Source of the DNA: Anaerolineae bacterium
GTDB taxonomy: Bacteria > Chloroflexota > Anaerolineae > UBA1429
NCBI GenBank assembly: GCA_040768605.1
Contig: JAXGMP010000005.1
Coordinates: 136,132-200,131, forward strand
DNA length: 64,000 nucleotides
Direction: 5' to 3'
Part shown: piece after piece, positions 58,152 through 64,000 of the stretch
How the letters are laid out: the number at the start of each line of letters is the position of its first letter
Numbering within the stretch: the first letter of the stretch is position 1
Translations under genes and position numbers: made by a program
Notes under the pieces: model-generated
Told to the model about the DNA's origin: nothing
The model's input: the letters and a program-made list of their open reading frames with translations, nothing else
Databases searched by the model: none

Positions 58152-59636
58152 ATGCCCCAGACGAGCAACTACCTCGCCTTTGACCTCGGCGCCGAGAGCG
58201 GCCGCGCGATTCTGGGCCGCCTTGATGGCACCACCCTGCAGATCTCCACGCTGTGTCGCTTCGCCAACGGCCCCGTGCGCGTTTTGGATGCGTACTATTG
58301 GGACGCCCTGCGCCTCTTCCAGGAGATCAAGGACGGCCTGAGCCTCTACCGGCGCGAGCACGGCGCCCAGCTGGACGGCATCGGGCTGGACACCTGGGGG
58401 GTCGATTTCGCCCTCCTCGGGCGAGACGATCGGCTGCTCGGCAATCCCCGCCACTACCGCGACCCGCGCACCGAGGGGATGCTCGCGGCGGCCTTTGAGG
58501 CCGTGCCCCGCGAGGAGATCTTTGGCCAGACGGGCATCCAGTTCATGGAGATCAACTCTCTCTACCAGCTGCTGGCCATGCGGCGGCAGGGTGACGCCGC
58601 TCTTGACGCCGCCCACACCTTCCTGATGATGCCCGATCTGCTCAACTTTTGGCTGACGGGCATCAAGGCCTGCGAGTTCTCTGACGCGACGACGACGCAG
58701 TGCTTCAACCCGCGCACGGGAGACTGGGCCTGGGACCTGCTGAAGCGGCTGGACCTGCCCACGCGCATCTTCCAGCCGGTGGTACAGCCCGGCACGGTGA
58801 TCGGCCCACTGCACGCCGGCCTGGCCGAGGAAGTGGGCTTGGGTGCCACACCGGTGATGGTGCCCGCCTGCCACGACACCGGCTCGGCCGTGGCGGCGGT
58901 GCCGGCCGAGGGGCAGGATTTCGCCTACATCAGCTCGGGCACCTGGTCGCTGATGGGCGTCGAGGTGGCCGAGCCGGTGATCACGGCCGACAGCCTGGCC
59001 TTCAACTTTACCAACGAGGGCGGCGTGTGCGGCACGTACCGCCTGCTCAAGAACATCATGGGGCTGTGGCTGGTGCAGGAGTGCCGGCGCATCTGGGCCG
59101 CCGAGGGCCAGGAGTACTCCTACGACGAGCTGACGCAGATGGCCGCGGAGGCGCCCGCCTTTGGCCCGCTGGTTGACCCCGACGCCCACGAGTTCCTGCG
59201 CCCGGGCGACATGCCGGCCCGCATCAGCGAGTTCTGCCGCGCCAGCGGCCAGCGTGTCCCCGCCTCGCGCGGAGAGGTGGTGCGTACTGCGCTGGAGAGC
59301 CTGGCGCTCAAGTACCGCTGGGTGCTCGAGCGGCTCGAGGTGATGCTGGGCCGCCGGCTGAACACCATCCACATCGTCGGCGGGGGCTCGCAGAACCGCC
59401 TCCTGTGCCAGCTGGCCGCCGACGCCACCAACCGGCCGGTGGTGGCCGGGCCGGTGGAGGCCACCGCGGCCGGGAACGTCCTGATGCAGGCGTTGGGGCG
59501 CGGTCGCCTCGGCTCGCTGGCCGACGCGCGCGCGGTAGTGCGCCGCTCCTTCGACGTCGTGCGCTACGAGCCGCGCTCGAGCGACCGCTGGGATGAGGCC
59601 TATGCGCGCTTCCTGGCCGTCGGGCGCGAGGGCTAG
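58152..59636 (+). CDS. rhaB: Rhamnulokinase family (FGGY) kinase
   Basis: DLGAESGR, DTWGVD, YRD.RT, HDT.SA, SSGTWSL, TNEGG, KNIMGLWL. Confidence 0.85.
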   Translation: MPQTSNYLAFDLGAESGRAILGRLDGTTLQISTLCRFANGPVRVLDAYYWDALRLFQEIKDGLSLYRREHGAQLDGIGLDTWGVDFALLGRDDRLLGNPRHYRDPRTEGMLAAAFEAVPREEIFGQTGIQFMEINSLYQLLAMRRQGDAALDAAHTFLMMPDLLNFWLTGIKACEFSDATTTQCFNPRTGDWAWDLLKRLDLPTRIFQPVVQPGTVIGPLHAGLAEEVGLGATPVMVPACHDTGSAVAAVPAEGQDFAYISSGTWSLMGVEVAEPVITADSLAFNFTNEGGVCGTYRLLKNIMGLWLVQECRRIWAAEGQEYSYDELTQMAAEAPAFGPLVDPDAHEFLRPGDMPARISEFCRASGQRVPASRGEVVRTALESLALKYRWVLERLEVMLGRRLNTIHIVGGGSQNRLLCQLAADATNRPVVAGPVEATAAGNVLMQALGRGRLGSLADARAVVRRSFDVVRYEPRSSDRWDEAYARFLAVGREG

Positions 59637-59651
59637 CGACGGGCCCCGCCG

Positions 59652-60833
59652 ATGACGCCGATCTTGTTCCACGGGGGGGCCGTCTGTACGCGCGGGGGCT
59701 ACCTGCCCCGCGGATGGCTGCTGGCTGACGGGGGGCGCATCACTGCCCTCGGCGAGGGGGATCCCCCGGTCGGCCTGGCCGGGCAGCGGGTGAACCTGGC
59801 GGGGCGCACGTTGGCCCCGGGGTTCATCGACCTGCACGCCCATGGCGCCGTCGGCGCCGATACGATGGACGCCACCCCCGCGGCACTCCGCGCCATGGCA
59901 CGCTTTTACGCCCGGCACGGCGTCACCGGGTTCCTGGCCACCACCGTCACCGCGTCGCTCGCGGGGGTGCTGGCCGCCCTGCAGAACGTCTCCACGACGA
60001 TGGCCGAGGGGACGGGCGGGGCGGCCCTGCTCGGGGCGCACGTCGAGGGGCCCTTCCTGGATCCCGACCGGCTCGGTGCCCAGGACGCCGCCCATGTGCG
60101 GGCTCCTGCCCTCGATGAGATCCTCCCCCTCCTGGATACCGGCGTGGTCCGCGTGCTGACCCTGGCCCCGGAGCTCCCCGGCGCCGGCGCGCTGCTGGAG
60201 GCCGCCACCGCCCGCGGGACCGTCGTATCGGCGGGGCACACGCGGGCCACCTATGAAGAGATGGCTGCCGCCGTGCCGCGGGGCCTCCGCCACGTGACCC
60301 ACCTGTTCAACGGCATGGAACCCCTACATCACCGTCAGCCCGGAGTCGTCGGCGCGGCCCTGGCCATGCCCGGCCTGACCTGCGAACTGATCGCCGACAA
60401 CATCCACGTCCACCCGGGTGCGCTCCTCCTGGCCTGGCGGGCCAAGGGGACGGACGCCATCGCCCTGGTGACCGACGCCATGCGCGGCGCGGGGATGCCG
60501 GACGGCCAGTATACGTTGGGCGGCCTGGGGGTGACCGTGCAGGGCGGGGTGGCCCGCCTCGCCAGCGGGAACCTGGCAGGCTCCACCCTGACCCTGGAGC
60601 GTGCTTTGGCCAACATGATGGCCGCCACGGGCTTGCCGTTGCCCGAGGCGCTGCCGATGGCCACCGCCGTCCCGGCCCGCGAGCTGGGGTTGCTGGGGCG
60701 CAAGGGGTTCCTCGCGGTGGGGCTCGACGCCGACCTGATCGTGCTCAACGCCGACCTGCAGGTCGACCTGACCGTGGTGGGCGGAGCGATCGTCTACGCG
60801 TCTGGCGCGCTGGCCATCGCCGACCTCGCCTGA
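59652..60833 (+). CDS. nagA: N-acetylglucosamine-6-phosphate deacetylase
   Basis: PGFIDLH.HG, HVEGPF, TLAPE, GHT, THLFNGM, TDAM, LAGS. Confidence 0.9.
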   Translation: MTPILFHGGAVCTRGGYLPRGWLLADGGRITALGEGDPPVGLAGQRVNLAGRTLAPGFIDLHAHGAVGADTMDATPAALRAMARFYARHGVTGFLATTVTASLAGVLAALQNVSTTMAEGTGGAALLGAHVEGPFLDPDRLGAQDAAHVRAPALDEILPLLDTGVVRVLTLAPELPGAGALLEAATARGTVVSAGHTRATYEEMAAAVPRGLRHVTHLFNGMEPLHHRQPGVVGAALAMPGLTCELIADNIHVHPGALLLAWRAKGTDAIALVTDAMRGAGMPDGQYTLGGLGVTVQGGVARLASGNLAGSTLTLERALANMMAATGLPLPEALPMATAVPARELGLLGRKGFLAVGLDADLIVLNADLQVDLTVVGGAIVYASGALAIADLA

Positions 60834-60855
60834 CCGCCCCGACCAAGGAGAGCCC

Positions 60856-61554
60856 TTGCCGATGCCCCCGGAAAAGGTCGACATCGACGCCCTGGCAGAA
60901 GCGCTGACAGAGCCCTTTGTCATGCAGCGCGTCGCCGAGGTGGACCACTTTGCCGTCTACCTGTACCTCTGCACCGGCGTGGTGGCCCGGCACCGTCACA
61001 GCATGCAAGATGAGCTGTTCTACGTGCACAGCGGCGCACTGACCCTGGACACGGACTGGGGCGAGGCCACCCTGCGCCGCCACGAGTTCGCCGTGGTGCC
61101 CCAGGGGGTGGCGCACTCGTCCGGCTCGTTGGTGCGCACCATCGTGCTCCTATTCCAGGCCCAAGGAGACCCGGAGCGCCGGAACGGGCGCGGGCGCTTC
61201 GGGGCCGAGGGGGAACCGGGACGTCTGCAACACTGGTCCGCCTTGGCCGGCGGGAACGGGGAGGATCGGCCCCGCGAGCCCCTGGCGCTGGCCAGCGCCG
61301 ACGGGATGTCGCTGCGCATCGTGCGCCCCCGAGAGGACACGCCCTGGCACAGCCACGCCGGCCACGACGAGTTGGTCTACCTGATCGAGGGGGAACTGGG
61401 CATCGGCAGCGAGCAAGGGCCCCTGGCCCTGCGCGCCGGCGAGATGACGGTGATCCCCCGCGACCGGATTCACCGCCTGACGGCCTCCGGGCCCAGTGTG
61501 GCCGTATCGTTCATCCATCGGAAGGTGCGGCCCGAGGAGCAGTTGGGCCAGTAA
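60856..61554 (+). CDS. Two-domain cupin (bicupin) protein
   Basis: HRH...DE.F......H and WHSH..HDE.......IH cupin motifs; AAGGAG RBS. Confidence 0.8.
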   Translation: MPMPPEKVDIDALAEALTEPFVMQRVAEVDHFAVYLYLCTGVVARHRHSMQDELFYVHSGALTLDTDWGEATLRRHEFAVVPQGVAHSSGSLVRTIVLLFQAQGDPERRNGRGRFGAEGEPGRLQHWSALAGGNGEDRPREPLALASADGMSLRIVRPREDTPWHSHAGHDELVYLIEGELGIGSEQGPLALRAGEMTVIPRDRIHRLTASGPSVAVSFIHRKVRPEEQLGQ

Positions 61555-61632
61555 CCAGGGGAATAGAGCAAACGCCGCGACGCGCGCCTACAAGGCGTAC
61601 GTCGCGGCGTCTTTGTCGATCCGGAGATCGGC

Positions 61633-63333
61633 CTACAGGAAAAAGTCCTGCAGGATCGAGCCGCCGATAAACTCGCGCAGGATCGAGTTGTCGGGCACAA
61701 ACTCGGCGGTGCAGGGGCGCACCCAGCGCAGAAAGGCGAGCAGCCGCCGGGCCTCGATGTACTCCATCGTGCCGCGGGGCACCCGTAGAAGGAGCGGCTC
61801 GGCAAAGGGCTTGAGCACGGCCAGCTCATACACCAGCGCCGAGTTGAACATCACGTCGGCGTTCTCCTGGTACGGAAAGATAAAGCGCTCCTCGCCGCGG
61901 CGCACGCTTTCCCATCGCTGGATCGTATCGCGCGCCGAGTAGCCCCGATACTGCGCATCGCGCACCATACGCCGCAGCAGGCGGGTGTCGGTCGTGGGGA
62001 CGCGGTTGTGGTGGTCGATGTTCAGCTGGGTCAGCGCGGAGACGTAGATGCGGTAGGTCCTCTCGCTGCCCAGCCGCTCGACCACCGCCGGGTTCATGCC
62101 GTGGATCCCCTCGATGAGGAACATGGTGTCTTCCGGCAGCTGCACCGGCTCGCCCCGTTCGCTCTTGCCCGTCTGAAAGTTGTAGCGGGCCGGGCGGACG
62201 ACCTTACCGTCGGCCAGATCCAGCAGCTGCTGGCTAAAGAGATCGAGGTCGACCGCCTCGAGCGACTCAAAGTCATAGTCGCCGTTGGGATCGCGGGGCG
62301 TCAGGTCCCGGTCGACGAAATAGTCGTCCAGCCCGATGGCGTAGGGGCGCAGACCGTTCACCATGAGCTGAATGGCCAGCCGGCGGGCGAAGGTCGTCTT
62401 GCCGGAGGACGACGGTCCGGCGATGAACACCAGGCGCACGTGTTCGCGTTTGCGGACGATGTCGTCGGCGATGTCGGCAATGTTCTTCTCGTGGAGCGCC
62501 TCGGCCACCAGGATGGCCTGGCGCAGGCCATCTCCCCCCACGACCGCGTTCAGCGCGCCCACGTCGCCGATCCCGAGGATGTCCAGCCAGTGGCCGTACT
62601 CGTGGAACACCTTGGTCAGCTTGGGATAGTCGCGGTGCGCGGTGAGCCGCGTGGGGTGCTGCCGACGCGGCAGGCGCAGCACGAACCCAGGAGGCACCAA
62701 CTGCAGGGCGAAACAGGTCATCTGGCCGGTGCTGGGCATCATATAGCCGTAAAAATAGTCCCGCACGCCGCGCAGCTGATAGACGGTGACGTGATCCGAC
62801 TCGCTGTACTGCAGCAGCCGCACCTTGGAGTCATCCCCCTGGGCGGCGAACATCTCGATGGCCCGCTGTATGGACATGTCCTCACGGACGATGGGCTCGT
62901 CGGCGGCCACGATCTCGCGCATGCGCTGTTCGACGGCCCGTAGCTCCGCCTCGTTCAGGGGTTCGCGTCCCTCCACCGCGCAAAAGAACCCGCCGAGGGT
63001 GACGGAAAAGTCCACCGTCACGCGCGCCTCCGGGTAGACTTCATGCATGGCCACCACCAGCAGGAAGGTCAGCGAGCGGTGAAAGATGCGCATGCCGTCG
63101 GAGGTGGTCATGTCGATGGGCACCACCTCGCAGTCGCGACGGACCTTGGCCGTCAGCTCACGAAGGCTGCCGTTGACCAGAGCGGCCACGATCGGCGCAG
63201 GCTGATCGGGATAGGCCGCCTTGAGGAACTCCTGCAGGCTGGTGCCGGCGGGTCCCTCGAGGGTGCGCCCATCGGGCAGCGTGATCTGCGACGTGTTGCG
63301 GGGTTCGGATAGATGCACGTAATCGGTAGGCAT
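61633..63333 (-). CDS. Nucleoside (uridine) kinase-like protein with N-terminal TGS and ThrRS editing-like domains
   Basis: ITLPDG TGS-like start, GGFFC / M.EIV..D.PI ThrRS-N2-like segment, AGPSSSGKTT, IEGIHG, RLLRRMVRD, LREFIGGS. Confidence 0.85.
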   Translation of the reverse strand: MPTDYVHLSEPRNTSQITLPDGRTLEGPAGTSLQEFLKAAYPDQPAPIVAALVNGSLRELTAKVRRDCEVVPIDMTTSDGMRIFHRSLTFLLVVAMHEVYPEARVTVDFSVTLGGFFCAVEGREPLNEAELRAVEQRMREIVAADEPIVREDMSIQRAIEMFAAQGDDSKVRLLQYSESDHVTVYQLRGVRDYFYGYMMPSTGQMTCFALQLVPPGFVLRLPRRQHPTRLTAHRDYPKLTKVFHEYGHWLDILGIGDVGALNAVVGGDGLRQAILVAEALHEKNIADIADDIVRKREHVRLVFIAGPSSSGKTTFARRLAIQLMVNGLRPYAIGLDDYFVDRDLTPRDPNGDYDFESLEAVDLDLFSQQLLDLADGKVVRPARYNFQTGKSERGEPVQLPEDTMFLIEGIHGMNPAVVERLGSERTYRIYVSALTQLNIDHHNRVPTTDTRLLRRMVRDAQYRGYSARDTIQRWESVRRGEERFIFPYQENADVMFNSALVYELAVLKPFAEPLLLRVPRGTMEYIEARRLLAFLRWVRPCTAEFVPDNSILREFIGGSILQDFFL

Positions 63334-63366
63334 ACAAGTTCCAGCCTTGGTCTGGTAGGGCGGGGC

Positions 63367-63999
63367 CTAGCGCTGCCCGTACTGCTCGACGTAGCGCCGG
63401 TGCGCGCGGGCCACCTCGTCGGCGGGGATCTCCTCGGGCTGCCCCATCTGCAGGGCGAAAAAGACGGTGCGGGCCACGTCCTCGGTCATCACGGCGGCCT
63501 TGACGGCGGCCATGGCGTTGGGGCCGATGGTGAACACGCCGTGGTTCTTCATCAGGATGGCGGGGCTGTCGCCGATGGAGCGCACGATCTCCAGCCCGAT
63601 CTCTTCGCCCCCGATCTGGGCATAGTCACCCACCGGAATGCCGCAGCCGAACTCGTCGGCGATGGCCGTCAGATACACCGGGATCGGCTTGCCCAGAGCG
63701 GCGAAGGCCGTGGCGTACGGCGAATGGGTGTGCACCACGCCGCCGACGTCGGGGCGCTGCCGGTAGACGACTAGATGCGTCGGCGCGTCGACCGAGGGCA
63801 CCAGGGGCCCCTCGACGATGTTCCCCTCCAGGTCAATGACGACCATGTCGGCGGGGGTCATCTTCTCATAGCGCACGCCGCTGGGCTTGATGACCACCAG
63901 GCCGGTCTCGGGATCGCGCCCGCTGACGTTGCCGCTGGTCCAGGTGACCAGGCCGCTCTTGGGGAGCATCAGGTTGGCCTCACAGACCTGGCGGCGCAG
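63367..63999 (-). CDS. araD: L-ribulose-5-phosphate 4-epimerase (class II aldolase/adducin), 5'-truncated by window edge
   Basis: TSGNVS, IKPSG, PSVD..TH, HTHS.YAT, NHG, YGQ. Confidence 0.85.
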   Translation of the reverse strand: MRRQVCEANLMLPKSGLVTWTSGNVSGRDPETGLVVIKPSGVRYEKMTPADMVVIDLEGNIVEGPLVPSVDAPTHLVVYRQRPDVGGVVHTHSPYATAFAALGKPIPVYLTAIADEFGCGIPVGDYAQIGGEEIGLEIVRSIGDSPAILMKNHGVFTIGPNAMAAVKAAVMTEDVARTVFFALQMGQPEEIPADEVARAHRRYVEQYGQR

Positions 64000-64000
64000 C

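Overview
A 64 kb, very GC-rich bacterial chromosomal window with about 57 real CDSs. The gene set, Firmicute-type LexA box, T-box, rny/ricT and Tat-lipoprotein family-5 binding protein suggest Chloroflexota/Anaerolineae, which is inference. I saw no rRNA, tRNA, CRISPR array, integrase or transposase. (1) 1-19 kb: an S51 peptidase fused to a CysRS C-terminal-like domain, a radical SAM gene, and a GntR-type catabolic island. The island holds an ADP-ribosylglycohydrolase, a QueG-like Fe-S protein, a family-5 ABC importer without ATPases, an HpcH aldolase, a URO-D-like protein and an Ldh_2 dehydrogenase, followed by isomerase-PfkB-class II aldolase. (2) 19-34 kb: GH106-like and GH3 glycosidases, proteases, pyk, and an ATP-cone/uridine-kinase-like fusion. 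(3) 34-48 kb: housekeeping core of recA-[~300 nt structured spacer]-recX-rny-PHP, ricT-holB, pncC, RNA methyltransferases, infC(ATC start)-rpmI-rplT and T-box-thrS. (4) 48-58 kb: an EamA transporter and a secreted repeat protein + MacAB-like ABC + OmpR/BaeS-like two-component module. (5) 58-64 kb: rhaB-nagA-bicupin, a ThrRS-N/uridine-kinase fusion and araD. The best candidates for something undescribed are the catabolic island, the structured RNA after recA, the peptidase-CysRS_C fusion and the pair of sensor-fused nucleoside-kinase paralogues. All product calls come from motif recognition by eye; no searches were run.
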